DNA from: Macrostomum lignano
Taxonomy: Eukaryota
DNA length: 64,000 bases
Direction of reading: 5' to 3'
Assembly (NCBI GenBank): GCA_002269645.1
Contig: NIVC01001154.1
Span: 146,077-210,076 of the forward strand
The notes under the pieces are model-generated. The model saw only the letters and a program-made list of their open reading frames with translations, searched no databases and was not told the origin of the DNA. The position numbers and the translations under genes are program-made. The first letter of the stretch is position 1. Each line of letters starts with the position of its first letter. Below, in pieces: positions 50,713-63,997 of this stretch.

Positions 50713-52703
50713 TCACTCATCACTGTCAGCGTCGTAAATGATAGGGTCAGGGACCTTCTGAACGGAACGTCGAACCTTGGCAGGCGGAGGGTCTTGCGAT
50801 GTGCCAACTCTGGCTGCCGACGCCTGGCTGCCTGACTCCGTCGGACCTTGACGTCCACGACTTCGCCCGTCCTTGCCCAGCTTCAGCGCAGCAATGACTG
50901 CAAGCTCTACATCGCGGTCTTTTGGACGCTCAGCAGCATCGCGGTACATTGCCTTTATCGTCCCTAAAAGTATGTCACAAAAATACAATTATTAAACATA
51001 ACTGATCTAAAACTAATAGGCCGTCTGATTTTAAAACCTATCAATACGTAAATCAAATGAATTAAGAATCAGTATACTCAGTAATTAATTTCGATCATTG
51101 AATTTAATGTGATATGCACACACACACACACACGCGCGCATTGAACTTACGTAGAATACTGGGCAAGAACACCGATCGAAAGGCAAGTTCGGTGTCCCCA
51201 AGCTCAGAGCCAGAGAGAGCACCAAGACCCTTTCCGTTATAATTGACAGCGGCCAGCATCTCTGGTGACAGAATTCGCCTCACCATTCGGCGAATGGTGC
51301 TGCCAAGGTCGTCAGCCTTGCAGGGCAGCAGCAGCCGTGTCATCTGCAAGGGTGCCAATAATTTTATCATACATGTAGATGGACAGTCACGAAGAAATAT
51401 GGAATATTAATATGAAATAAAATGTGGAATATGTCAGAGACAATTATATTTTCCAACTATCGTGAAAGCATGCTGTCGGAGGCTTTTTGAAATAATAGAC
51501 TTTGCAAAAACAAACACTAAACTATTGGATGTACATACCCATTCGAGAGCCGGTGGATTTTTGATGAAGTCAATGTAGTCAGGCCAGGTCGCAATCGGCT
51601 TCCATTCTGCATCTGCATCAACTGGACCAAATGTAGTAGCAGCAGCAGCGGCACGCGACATGCACTGCTTCAATTCTGAGATTGTTGTCATGCAAGCTGA
51701 TGTCCGACGAAGGGTATGGAGCCCCAGGTAGCACAGTCCGAGAGGCGATGTCAGAGAGACTCCAAGCTTAGCCTCCATTCTAGCCTTCAGCAAGTCAAGC
51801 CCCCCGGTACCGAAGTTCAATGACGCGACGTCAGCTGCAGCTGCATTGAAACGCAAGGCTCCTGGCTGATCCGAAGGGCTGAGCAACTCAGCCGCACTCT
51901 GCTGTGACCTGCACCTGTCGTTCTGTCCATGGTGGGGCAGTGATTTGGGCGTTTCCGGTGGAGCTGTTTCAACCGCTAGCTGAGCCGATGGGTTTCTTGT
52001 CTCCGGCAAAGGCAACAGCGGCAGCGAGCTTGGGCTTTGTTGAACTGCCCTGGCGGAATCCTCAGCTTGGGGTAGTCTAACCGACCGTGAGAAGCTTGAG
52101 GGCGATCGTTGGCAGTCAGACTCGGACTCGGTCTGCAGATTCTGAGAATGATTGCGCGCTACTTATAGTAACGTAGTTCGTGAGATCGATTGAATAATAA
52201 TGACTAATGGTTACAAATGGTTAACATCTTTCGAAGTTTTAATACACACTTATAGCAACAAAAACGGTTTGTAGCTAACCTCCAAAGGAAGGAATCTTTG
52301 CCTCCTGCCATCGGGTACTCGTTTGACCAGTCCCAAAAGAGTTTGGATTTTGCAGTGCTTCTCGCGCCTGAACGCCCGAAGCCAATTTACCGTCCCAGTG
52401 GCGTCATAATCGTCGTCAGGGAGAACCTAGCGCAAATGCAAAATTACTTAGTGAAAATCAAAAATACCAAACGACCCCCATATACAAGTATGATTATGGG
52501 AACATTCAGGGAATAAAGCGTGCAGTTACCTGAAGAATTGTGCAGTCCCATACTTGCTCATTGTAGTATGCCCTTGCAATAGGCTCGCCAACAAAGTTTC
52601 GCCAGTTGTCCAGAGTGAATTTTTGGAAGTTTTCTAAGAGGACTTCAGTCTCGCTCAATTCGACTATTTCTTTGTCAACGTGAAAGATCACGATAAACTT
52701 CAT
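50713..52703 (-). CDS. Spliced accessory (TnpA-like/DUF4806-like) gene of the CACTA element
   Basis: Exon MKFIVIFHVDKE..WDCTILQ|GT (52703-52530), a low-complexity middle exon, LGSTIRRMVRRILSPEMLAAVNYNGKG, and terminal GTIKAMY..DVELAVIAALKLGKD. Internal junctions not fully resolved. Confidence 0.5.
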
Positions 52704-53007
52704 GGCTGAAATGAGAAATAGAAATACTCTTAATAATGGGAATATGTTGGAAATATACACGACATGTTTGTGACATCAAATAAAGAAATTCATATTGTCT
52801 GAAACCAAAATAAAAAAATTGTTATTCATATTATATGTATATTTGTGTTTATATTTATAAACAAGCTGAACACACAAGGAGACATTTAATGCTACAAATA
52901 ATGAAAAATGTACACTTGCACACCCTAGGATGACAGTTGCATGAAAAAAGAAATTGCTATATTGACCAAGACTGACTTAGTACTAGAAGACAATAGTATA
53001 ATCATAA

Positions 53008-54925
53008 TCAAATAGCGCAACAATAGGGAATTACTATATATTCACCTCCAGATGATGGCAACAAGAAGCACTTTCTGCTTGCATTACCAGTAACAACATT
53101 ACGTGTCACATGGTAAAATCCAATATTCAGAATTTCTGATGAATATGGACTTGTATACAAAGGATGCGAAAACTTTAACACATGACCAGTTAGGACATTT
53201 CCTACTACTGTACTAATGAGTATTGGAACTCCATTTACAACTGCACAATTATTTGGAGACTTCTTAGAAAAAAACACAATACTAGCTGGATCACTTGTAA
53301 GAGTAGCACGGACATTAAAAAACTGGTGCAAAATATGCTTAGAAGCAAAGCGGGTAACTGAAATTCGTCTTTTAACATGCCCCAAATAGTTTTCGAAGTC
53401 AAATGCAGAAAAATTGTCAAGTTTTCCATATAGACAAACAAATTCATAAAGATGGAGCAAAGTGTGAGGGTTATAAGAAATTGATGCTTCACCATACAAT
53501 GACTCCATTTCCTTAACAAAAATCTCAATACAACGATGAGCATTTGGTAAGAGAGTCTGGTGGACATCAGAGCAAAAAACATAGATAAAAAAGTGCAAGT
53601 GAAGAAAGTGGTCATAGTATTTTTGTGGTAAAAACTTTCTGAAGAAAAAAGGCCCCAAATATAGCAAAAAGAGTCGAAACTCAGTTGCTTTAAAGTGAGC
53701 TAAATTTGTATCAATACGGCGAGGCCTCCGCTGAAACTCAGCAGGAGTGAACTTGGCATAGCTATCAATAAAATCAGACAGCTCTTTTAACTTTAGTGCT
53801 GAAATCTTACAAGATGAACCAAACTTAGATGAAAAAAAGAAAATTAAAAACTTTTCTACAAACACCTAAACATACAGCATGTTGATAGTCAGGTGGAAAA
53901 TGAGAATAAAAACCAATATTTTTAATACTCAGCAAAGGTGTTGAATGCCCTACCTTCTGGTTATTTTCTTTAGAATCAGCATAGCACTGATCAGTTCGCA
54001 AAGTACCAATAGAAGATGAAAAAACAATACGATTAGCAAAATGTCTACCTTCAGCTTGACAATAACTACATCCCATGCGAGAGTTATGGTTCATAATAGA
54101 GCAGATATGAGCATGAGCAGGGGCATCACAAACAAAAAGAGCACGGACTAACTTAAAATGGTGGCCAAGAACTTGAATACCATTACTAAAAAAAATGTTT
54201 AGCTCTTCACAGAAGCGTGATAACAAAATATTCAATGATGGTTTACTTTTACCAAAAAAAATAGCAATGGGCAATGGACGCAAATAGCCTGATACTTTCA
54301 TTAAAATTGGCCAAGCTGACATGGAAGAACTATTATACAAGGGCATTCCATCTATATTGAAAATGGAATTTACTTTTATGTGCCCAGTTTCAGAATCAGT
54401 AATGCATTTTGAAAAGTCAAAATAATTATTGCTAACACAAAATTCCAAATTTTTGGCCATTGATACATAGAAAAAGTCTCCTTCAGTAGCAATAATAGAA
54501 TAATAAGAAGAATTAGCAGAATGCTTTTTCAAGCCATATACAGACTTTGGAACTGAAATACCCTTGCGATTTAAAAAGGCAAGGATCCAAGCCATAGCAG
54601 AGCGTGACACATTAAAAAGTATATAAAATAGAAGCAGTTCTTGCTCAATTGTTAGCTCTGGCGTAGCATCTTCAACTTCAGGTATATCTTGATCCTCTTC
54701 TACAAGGTCTTCATCTGATTCACTATTATCCATTGGATTGCCCTGACTGTTGCCAAGAAAGTCAATGTCGTATTCTTCAGCTTGAATGAATTCTTCATCT
54801 TGTTGATGATTATTGCCTTGGGCTTGATCTTGGTTAATGGGTTCAGATGCTTTTTGAAGCTGCTCTACTTCAATTTCCTCTAAACAACCCTGAAGCACTT
54901 TTCTAGCAAAGTTACGTTTGGACAT
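53008..54925 (-). pseudogene. CACTA/EnSpm transposase with a frameshift at an A7 run (about 53831-53837)
   Basis: FNIDGMPLY..AWPIL, FVCDAPAH, GCSYC, PPDYQHAVCLG, EFQRRPR..FKATEFRLFLLYLGP, YNPHTLLHL..YGKLDNFSAFDFENYLG motifs. Confidence 0.88.
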
Positions 54926-57139
54926 CTGAAAAATAATTCACAAGTAAAATCATTTATATCACAATATCTTATAGTAATTGGCAAATAATACTATACTATA
55001 CTCATACTATATTTACCATGAATAATTATAAACAATTACATTCTTTTATTTCTATATATACCTGGCACTGCCCAGGCACTAGCTAAAGCATATAAATATT
55101 TATAGCTAATATATATAGCTATGACATAGCTATAGTAATATGGCCTACAATACAAAATAGTTATACAAATATAGCAAATATATAACAAGGAAAACACAGC
55201 ATCTACCTGGCATTTGAGGAATTGATCTACACACACATAGTAGCTAATAATTGATATGTTCCTAGGCTATAGCCCATAAAAGCCCTAAATAAAGTAAAGA
55301 TATAGTGGGTTAAAGGTAAAGCTATATACTGTCATGCTTGCTGGGTTAAATTGCAAAGAACAATTAGGCATTGCACTTCCACTGTTGCCAAGCCATGTGT
55401 GTTGTGTACATTTATGCAACTAAAAAAAGAAAAAACAATTTTGAAACATGCATAGCCTGTGAGTTAATCATAATGACATAAAAAGATAGCTAGCCAGCTA
55501 ATTCAAAAGTGAAGTTTGCAAAGGATCTGCAATACAAGCCATCCACAAAATAAAACACGTGAGCATGAAAATCGGAGGAAACTATATGCTAAACAGACCA
55601 TCAAAATAACAAGTATGACAAAAATCCACATTCTCCTGCTCCAAACAGAAATTGCAAAACAATATTGGTACTATGTAAAATAGACGTGCGTCGTGATGCT
55701 TTGCAACACGTATGAAACATTCGCCGACACTTATTCAGACACTTCTACAGACACTTTAGTTTCTGTCGTACGGTTAGGAACAAGCATTAAATTTGTCTAG
55801 GACACTTCCTAATTCATATTTAATGAAATAAAGCAGTCCATGCATAGTTTTAATTTTGAAATTTTGTTTTTGTGCACTCGTTCCAGACTTTCAAATTATG
55901 GCTTTTATCGCGTAGCGTGCACATGCATCGTGTACAACGATTAGCTGCAGTGTGCTAAATAGTTCACTGAGGTATTAAAAGCGTACAAGGAGACGAACCT
56001 CAAGTATTTGTACATTTTAGTTGAAGTTAAAAGTTCAAGCTTTTAGTGAATCATTGGAAAATAAAACTATCCGTTTTAAATCGTGCAACATATTGTTTTG
56101 TCTCGGACATTTGTGACACTGTCACTTAGGGTTGCAAGGTTTTTAAAAAGAGAAACTGTTGCTTTTCCAATGCTGAAGTATTTGTGTTGTATGGATCAGG
56201 GTTTTTCGTCAAAATTTGGATGCATGTATACATCTAAACATGTATATGCAGATGGAAATATAATAATCAAGATGCCATATGTATATTTGCCAACATTTTC
56301 AGATTTTGTATAAAAATGATCAAGGTTGAGGATTACCCTATGGTATAACTGTTTTCTCCATTTTACTATTTCAAAGTGCCCACGTGAAGTTAGATTTAGC
56401 ATGCCAGCCTTAAAAAATAAAAAAATCTACATAGTGTATAATTGTATACTCTTTTATTTAAGGCTATATTATATTCCCAATATATTTGCTTAGATAAATC
56501 AAAAAGTATTTACTTTACTTGAAAAAAATAATGTTCACTACAAATATTTCAATGTAGAAACCAGGAAACATAAACCTATCAAGTCTTATATAGAAATGAA
56601 GGATAAAGATATGGATAGAATATAATAAAGCCATTGTGGGCATTAAATATAAAACAAAAGAATCACTTAAGGCAAAATTTGAAAAAAAGTGAATTTTTGG
56701 CATGCTCCAAGAAAAGAGGCTTATAATTTGAAATATTTTTGCTTTTGTTTGACAAAAAATATGTATAGATTTATACTTTTAGGCAAGGTTTATTTTCTCT
56801 TAAAATTCTAATTGTAAATTTGCCAGTAAGCTTAAAAATTGTTGTAAGTTGAAGCTCAAATAAAATTAGTCTTAACTCCAATCTGACTTTCCAAAGTAAA
56901 TCCCTAAATTATTTGTTACAATTGCTTTTAAAAACTTGCCATTTCATTCATTCATTAATCAAAATTTTGTTCTAGAAACTGATACCTATAGAAGGTTTAT
57001 AGTTTTTAAGAAATCTAGTAACTAGTGTCAGAGAAATATGTTTATATAGGTTTTATATATATCAACCTTATATATAAAAAAGGTTGCACACTGAGATTTA
57101 AATACAGCTTCTAACATGTGTGTCCAGAGGTGAGATTAT

Positions 57140-58250
57140 GGCCAACTGCACACCAATGGCATACCAACTCCATACTGACATGCCAACTGTATACCAACTG
57201 TATACCAACTGTATACAAACACCATATCAACTCCATACCAATATGCCAACTGCATACCAACTCCATACCAACTGCATACCAACTCCATACCAACTGCATA
57301 CCAACTCCATACCAACATGCCAACTGCATACCAACTACATACCAACTGCATGCCAACTGCATACCAACTGCATACCAACTCTATACCAACTATATACCAA
57401 CATGCCAACTGCATACCAACTGCATACCAACTGCATACCAACTACATACCAACTGCATGCCAACTGCATACCAACTGCATGCCAACTGCATACCAACTCT
57501 ATACCAACTATATACCAACATGCCAACTGCATACCAACTGCATACCAACTCCATACCAACTATATTCAAACATGCCAACTGCATACCAACTGCATACCAA
57601 CTCCATACGACCATACCAACTATATTCCAACATGCCAACTGTATACCAACACCATACCAACTGTATGCCAACTGCATACCAACTCCATACCAACATGCCA
57701 ACTGCATACCAACTCCATACCAACATGCTAACTGCATACCAACTCCATACCAACTGTATGCCAACTGCATACCAACTACATACCAACATGCCAACTGCAT
57801 ACCAACACCATACCAACTCCATACCAACTGCATACCAACTGCATACCAACTCTATACCAACTATATACCAACTGCATGCCAACTGCATACCAACTGCATA
57901 CCAACTCTATACCAACTATATACCAACTGCATGCCAACTGCATACCAACTCCATACCAACATGCCAACTGCATACCAACTGTATGCCAACTGTATACCAA
58001 CTCCATACCAACTGTATGCCAACTGCATACCAACTCCATACCAACATACCAACTCCATACCAATATGCCAACTGCATACCAACTCCATACCAACATGCCA
58101 ACTGCATACCAACTCCATACCAACTGCATGCCAACTGCATACCAACTCCATACCAACTGCATGCCAACTGCATACCAACTCCATACCAACTGCATGCCAA
58201 CTGCATACCAACTCCATACCAACATACCAACTACATACCAACATGCCAAC
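57140..58250. repeat. 11-bp-based tandem array (CCAACTGCATA / CCAACTCCATA / CCAACATG), 1.1 kb
   Basis: Tandem units visible; the array ends about 70 bp before the ATG of the NOF-like ORF. Confidence 0.95.
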
Positions 58251-58320
58251 TTATATTATGCCACACTAAACGAAAACATGGCAAATTCATACCATTGTTT
58301 CATGTTTCAGGCTTCTTTGC

Positions 58321-60657
58321 ATGGCAGCGAAGAAAAGTGTGTACGACACTTCTGAAGCCATTAGCGGTGACCAGTCAGGTGCTGCTGGTGCACAAGTTTT
58401 TTCTGCTGGAGGTGTTTTTGTGGAATCATGCATATCAACTAATCTCTTCGTGAATCACTTTGATACAAGAACTTGTAAACTTAAGCCTTCTTGGTTTGAT
58501 GAAGTCATTTATCTACTGTTAAGACAGCATGGTGAGTATTGTCAGTTCTCAGTTAATAAGGTTAGACTGCGTGCATTTAAGCGCCATCGGAAGGACTGCA
58601 GTTTTCTTTGGATGCGCCTAGTCTGTGCCGAAGGCTCTGGTTGCAGTATGGCATTCGTCGTCACCTTAAACAAGGCGCCGACTGATGGGCAGTCCTCTAC
58701 ACTGACGCTACGAAGAATCTCAGAGCACTCGAGGAATGATGTTCCATCAAGTTGTTCCTCTTATCGCTATCTGTGGCAACGAGGTTCACAAGAGTGCCGT
58801 AACTTTGTTTTATCTCAGGCCAACAACGCTGCTGCCAAGCCAACGCAGATCTATATGAAAGCAATCGAGCTGTTTGGTAGCGAAGCATGCTCTCTATCTG
58901 CTGTCCGTACAACTGTTAGTCGGACAAAAGCTGCCGACGACAAGTCTCCAGACGACATAAGAGATTTAAGACTCCAAATGAAAGACTGGAAGTTGACTAT
59001 AAACGAGGATGGAGTCATTAGCGGCTATATCCAAAAGATTGACGTTGCACCAGTTGGTGTGATTCTCCATACCTCCATGCAGTTGGATTTGCTTCGCGAC
59101 GTGCTGAAAGGCAATCAGCTTGCTCCTCTCCACTTAGACTCCACCGGCGGAATTGTGCGACAGACCCAGAACGTGCCGAGCACTGTACTTCTGTGCAGTG
59201 CTGTTGTTGCAACCCCGGATATAAAGAGAACAGCTGTATCAGAAAGCATCATGGAGGTCACGCGCTCGGAAAATGTGTCCAGTTGGCTAATGCATTTTTT
59301 AGCAGATTTCGCTCGTCACTGCAACATAGGACTGTGGGAACTACCCAAGAAAGGTCCGCAAATCTACGTGTCTGACTTTAGCTGGGTTTTCATTCATGGT
59401 ATTCTCCGAGCCGCATGTACGACCTGTGTTACAGACTACCTGCGTGTACAGTACAATCGACTTCGGAGTGCTGATCTGAAGCCACCTGAATCTCCTGTTG
59501 TGTTTATCTGTAGCTCGCATTTGCTGCGCGCTGTTGCCAGGACTTTGAAGTCACCAGATAAAATCGATAAGGTTACTTATCGCGAGTTCATGCTCTCTTT
59601 TGCACTATTAGTGACGTCGAAAACTTTGCGTTGCGCCCAAGCTGTTTGGAAGGCAATGGTCGAGGTGTTTACCTCCAGGCGAGTAGGTCCTGCCACTTTG
59701 AAGGCTTTACAAATTCTACATGGTAGGTTCGACTTCAGTTCGTTGGAGATTCCTGATGAAAACCAAGTGGCTGAAGATTCTGCTAATGTCTCAAATGCAG
59801 TGCAAGAAGACGTCGCATTGGCTGAATTGGAGACTGGACTACGAGCCTCATCACCTTTTGCGAAGTACTTCAACGATTTGACAAGCGAAGTGACAGCAAG
59901 CGATGGCAATGGCGTGCTGAACAATCTTTTCTACCCTCAGGCTGTTCAGGTTGTATTGCGAAAGTGGATGTCACTGTTTCCTCTTTGGAGTGTGGCAGTG
60001 TTTGGAGGAAATCGTAGCGCACACGTGACCAACGCCGCTGTTGAATCATGGTTCAGCTGGGGCAAAAGCGAAGCACTGCCTTCTCCAAGTTCTCGGCTCA
60101 GGTTACCAAGATTTGTCCGTGCGCAACTAACAACCGTAAAACTGCAACTGAAGCGGTTGCAGCACGAGCAACATCCAATTCGCCCCCCGAAGCGTGCTAG
60201 AGGACGCAAATGTGGCTTTGATGCTCCGTTAAACCCACCTGGAGATCCCTGGAAAAGGTCAAGAGCCTCAAAAAGACAAAGAACCAGCTTCATTCAATCG
60301 GCATTATCAATTCCGCCAGCCGTTGCACCCACGACCTGTACTCTAGCTGCGCCTGCTGCAAGTGGGTCTCGCTCGGGCAGCCAGCCCGTCATTGTCCAGG
60401 TTCGGCCTGCTATTGCACGCACGACCTGTACTCTAGCTGCGCCTGCTGCAAGTGGGTCTCGCTCGGGCATTTCACCTGCACCAACAGCACAGAATACCAC
60501 CTGTCAGAGCCTACCAGATGAGCAAATTGTGAGTGATGAAATTGCATTTTTTCAGTTTAGAAATACCTTCAGTCAACCCTTGTATTGGTTTACGTATTGT
60601 GTATACGCCGTACACTCACTCCGCCACAATTTGCGTCTCCCACTAGATCTGTCGTAG
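58321..60657 (+). CDS. FB-NOF/Rehavkus-like MULE DDE transposase, 778 aa ORF
   Basis: SGYIQKI, LHLDSTGGIV (D1), YVSDFSW (D2), ICSSHLL (CxxH) and TNAAVESWF (E) fit the NOF-type Mutator pattern. The C-terminal part contains a 50-bp direct repeat and a GTGAGT donor at 60532. Confidence 0.72.
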   Translation: MAAKKSVYDTSEAISGDQSGAAGAQVFSAGGVFVESCISTNLFVNHFDTRTCKLKPSWFDEVIYLLLRQHGEYCQFSVNKVRLRAFKRHRKDCSFLWMRLVCAEGSGCSMAFVVTLNKAPTDGQSSTLTLRRISEHSRNDVPSSCSSYRYLWQRGSQECRNFVLSQANNAAAKPTQIYMKAIELFGSEACSLSAVRTTVSRTKAADDKSPDDIRDLRLQMKDWKLTINEDGVISGYIQKIDVAPVGVILHTSMQLDLLRDVLKGNQLAPLHLDSTGGIVRQTQNVPSTVLLCSAVVATPDIKRTAVSESIMEVTRSENVSSWLMHFLADFARHCNIGLWELPKKGPQIYVSDFSWVFIHGILRAACTTCVTDYLRVQYNRLRSADLKPPESPVVFICSSHLLRAVARTLKSPDKIDKVTYREFMLSFALLVTSKTLRCAQAVWKAMVEVFTSRRVGPATLKALQILHGRFDFSSLEIPDENQVAEDSANVSNAVQEDVALAELETGLRASSPFAKYFNDLTSEVTASDGNGVLNNLFYPQAVQVVLRKWMSLFPLWSVAVFGGNRSAHVTNAAVESWFSWGKSEALPSPSSRLRLPRFVRAQLTTVKLQLKRLQHEQHPIRPPKRARGRKCGFDAPLNPPGDPWKRSRASKRQRTSFIQSALSIPPAVAPTTCTLAAPAASGSRSGSQPVIVQVRPAIARTTCTLAAPAASGSRSGISPAPTAQNTTCQSLPDEQIVSDEIAFFQFRNTFSQPLYWFTYCVYAVHSLRHNLRLPLDLS

Positions 60658-61062
60658 TAATGTATGTGCCATGTCTCAGCAACTTGTGGGTAAGGTGCAA
60701 CCTTATCAATCAACTCTCTTTGTAGGCCTCCTCCGTCTCGACTGGCACAGGTATTTATATTGCACAATCCAACATGTTCCGTATGATGCACGTTTCTGTT
60801 ACGTGATTGTTCTCTGATTAGAGATCTAAAGTTTATGATTCCATCATTTTTTGCTTTTCGTGTCACCGATTATGCCCTTTTAAGTTTTACTAATTTCCAT
60901 GAATTAGCATTCAACATGTTGCTTTCCATAAGTATTTGTACTTTTAAGTTTCGTTTCTTTTGCTTACGTCGAGGCGCATTTTTTGTTGTTAAATGGATGT
61001 GACTGGGCTGTTCACTGGGACATTTTGATGGTAAATTCGTTCCTAACCGCCAATTTTATTAG

Positions 61063-62161
61063 GACGCGCCGACACTGCAGTGTCATTTCCTGCACTATCG
61101 CCACGGTCGCCAGAGGGGCTACCGAATCCGACGGGCACGTATTGTGCTTTCAATGCCGCCAGTCAATGCTTGGTTGCAACATTAACGAGCGCACTATCGT
61201 GTGATGCAGATTCACCACTTGCGCTGTTCCTTAACTGCCTAATGACAGGCAAAGACGTTCTGTTGCTGCATTCAGCCGCGTTTCAGTGGTGCAGTAAAGC
61301 ATTTCATATGGATCCTATGGCACAAAACTGTGCCTTAGAGTTTCTGACCGGAATGCTGTTTCTTTCTGAGCTCAAACCGCGATTTAGCTGCGAGGTAAGG
61401 GTGAACGGTTTATTAAGTTTATGACTATTTAAATGCGTTTTAGTAAAGTGATTTAAGCCTGCATCCTGAATCTAAATTTATTTGTAAGTTACCTTCGAAG
61501 ACAGTATATACTTTGCTGACTTATGGGAAGGCAAAGAATACCTTTCAATCGCGCTTCCACTGTGTGTTGGTCTTCACAGTTGCACCATGAGTACTGTTCC
61601 TATCCATCTTTTTTATTTCGTAGATTTCTACAACTTTGAGTTGTTCCGCCTGTTTCAAAGTGACACGACTGCTACCTAGAGACACGGCAACTATTCTACG
61701 TTTATCAATCCTGATCACGACGACTCGCTTGATTTCCCGGCACTCATTAGACAGTCACTGTTTTCTACTCAAGACCACACCGACATCCGTTGTCCGACTT
61801 GCGACGTCGGGGGTGCAGCTATGCACAAACACTTGCAACAACGTCGGAGCACATATGCATGGGAATTAGCCGAGTCTCTGTCAAGCGCAGAAAGGGACAA
61901 ACTGTACTATTCGAGAAGAACACTAAAGTTGTACCCATCGAGATGAAGCTTACTTTGAGTGGCAGAAGCTACAAGCTTCGTGCATTCATCGTTCACATTG
62001 GTAGTCGCGTGAATAGTGGTCACTATATTGCATACGTATTCTGTGGCCGCACTAGCTACTGTGTCAGTGATTTGACTGTACGAAAAGTATCTTTGTCAGC
62101 GGCATTCAATGACGTGAAGCGAAACTGCTGCGCTCTTTTTTTACGGCTAACGTGTTGGTGA
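61063..62161 (+). pseudogene. Ubiquitin-specific protease (peptidase C19) domain gene, spliced, two frameshifts
   Basis: Cys box GLPNPTGTYCAFNAASQCL; intron 61395-61623 (GT-AG); finger motifs CSAC and CPTC; His box YKLRAFIVHIGSRVNSGHYIAYV..SD. Frame changes near 61711 and 61825. Confidence 0.78.
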
Positions 62162-62988
62162 TCTCCGTGTTATTAACATAATGTGGACGGTTTACTTATT
62201 TTCTTGAGTTTATTCGTGTTTGTAATGGTCTTATGCCGTTGAAAGTATAAATTCATAACTGATGATCGTGCTGTGTAATGTATTGATAACAAAAACTTTT
62301 AACTGTGTTGAAAAGGTCTACATATATACATGTACGGATTTGCATTTTATAGTTTACCGCCATTTTATAATTCTCTATTTTTCTGTATGCGCTAAAAGCT
62401 GGGACTAAACGCCGTTAGTAAACCGTTTGGACAACGTGAGTTCTAAAACTTGTAGTGTCTACTATATACTCTTTTCTGGCAGCTAAATACTCTCCATTTG
62501 AGTATAATCGTAATTGTTTTTGGCCTGTGAAACCTGTACACCTGTCACTTATCACTTATAGGCCAATAAATGTCACAAAAAAAATTGTTTCAATCAACGA
62601 AATACGTGCCATGAAACATTCCTTTGCTTTATTTATCCGAAAGAATTTATTTCAACACAAGGACTGACAACTAATACGAGTAAAGGAAATAAAACTGTTC
62701 AAATATAAGTATAAACTACAATTAATCGTTCAAGGAAGTATAGATTAAAAACCACATAAGGTACTTGTCTCATAGTTACTACTACGCTGAAGTCATTCAA
62801 CTACATACTTTGTTGCAATGAAAATTGTTGCATGGTACAATAGATCAGCCAATAAGCTATACGAAGGTATGACTTTGTTTAATGCTCGAATACCAGCGTT
62901 CTTATTTTCGTGCAAAAGAAGCTGGACAAACTGTTATTCAACACGCATCCGATATACCGTCACGCATCATCCTAGTATGTTACTCATG

Positions 62989-63997
62989 TGTGATAAATAA
63001 AGGCAATTAGATAAATAGCATGCACGGTGAGCAATTATTTAGGCCCTAGACAAACCTACTTGAAGCGTTCGGAGATTTTAAAGCTATTGGCCCTAATTGC
63101 CTATCGCCGGTCGGCGAGTCCTACCAGTCTTTCTCCAATAGCCGCAGGTACAGTACAAGAAAAGAAAGAACACGAGGGAACACGAACCGAAAGATTTAGG
63201 GAGTGATAATCCTATAAGAATAGCTAATAAGCAATTGACTTGACGGTTTAATTTGACACATTCAATAGTTACAAGATTCAAGTTCAAAGCGGCGCAGATA
63301 ACTGAGTTGACAAAACGACGATAACGGTTAACAATAATAATTAGATTACGCAACTGGCAAGCAGATCTCAGCTGAGAAGAAGAGGAAGAGGAACCGAACA
63401 CGACCACGGAGAAGACTCCTAACCCCTGGCCTAAACCAGAACCTACTCTCAAACAAGAGCACTGCCGAATCGACTGTTCAACGGAGCACTGACTAAATTC
63501 TATAAGCGCTGCCCTTCAGTGTGACACTGAGGCCCTCGGGGTCGAGGCCGCGTACTTGATCAGATCCGACAGTCTCTATCTAAACCGCGCTTGATAGCGA
63601 CGACGTCAGACAAGGATGCCGAATCGTTACGCTACAAGACTAAAGCGGTTGGGCGGGAACAAAGGTATGGACGGGGGTGACGAATTCAAAACGCCTCAAA
63701 GCGCGAACCAAAGGGAAACAGGCCACCGGCCGGGAAGCTGGACAAAACCAAGAACCGGGAAAAGAAGGCGAGATCCGATTGCCAAATACACTTTCATATA
63801 TAGTCAGAGTCAAACCCTCACAACCCCCCTCAAGCCGGGTGGTGGTCGTCTGGCCGGCCGCTTGCTTAAGCCGATTTGCACTGTGCCCGCGGCGCCGGGT
63901 AGAAACTGGAACTTGCCGCGTGCCAGGGTCCAGCCGGTTCTGATGGCTGACCGCGCAAAGCTGGGGTTCGCAGAAAACTCAACCCTCGTGAGTCACA
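62989..63997. repeat. Possible LTR of a further retroelement at the window edge
   Basis: TGTGA...TCACA inverted termini, a TATA-like site near 63500 and non-coding LTR-like composition. No second copy, TSD or PBS confirmed. Confidence 0.35.

Larger units (their letters stand above)
50120..55345 (-). mobile_element. CACTA/EnSpm (CMC) transposon; termini tentative
   Basis: CCCAGC at 50120 with CAACGTTG-type subterminal repeats and GCTGGG at 55340-55345, enclosing transposase and accessory genes. TIR similarity is only 6 bp and no TSD was confirmed. Confidence 0.65.

Noticed and set aside
57111-58453. Long YQLHTNCIPT / MQLVCSWYAVG repeat ORFs on both strands
   Set aside because: All frames are open because the tandem unit lacks stop codons; no sign of coding constraint.
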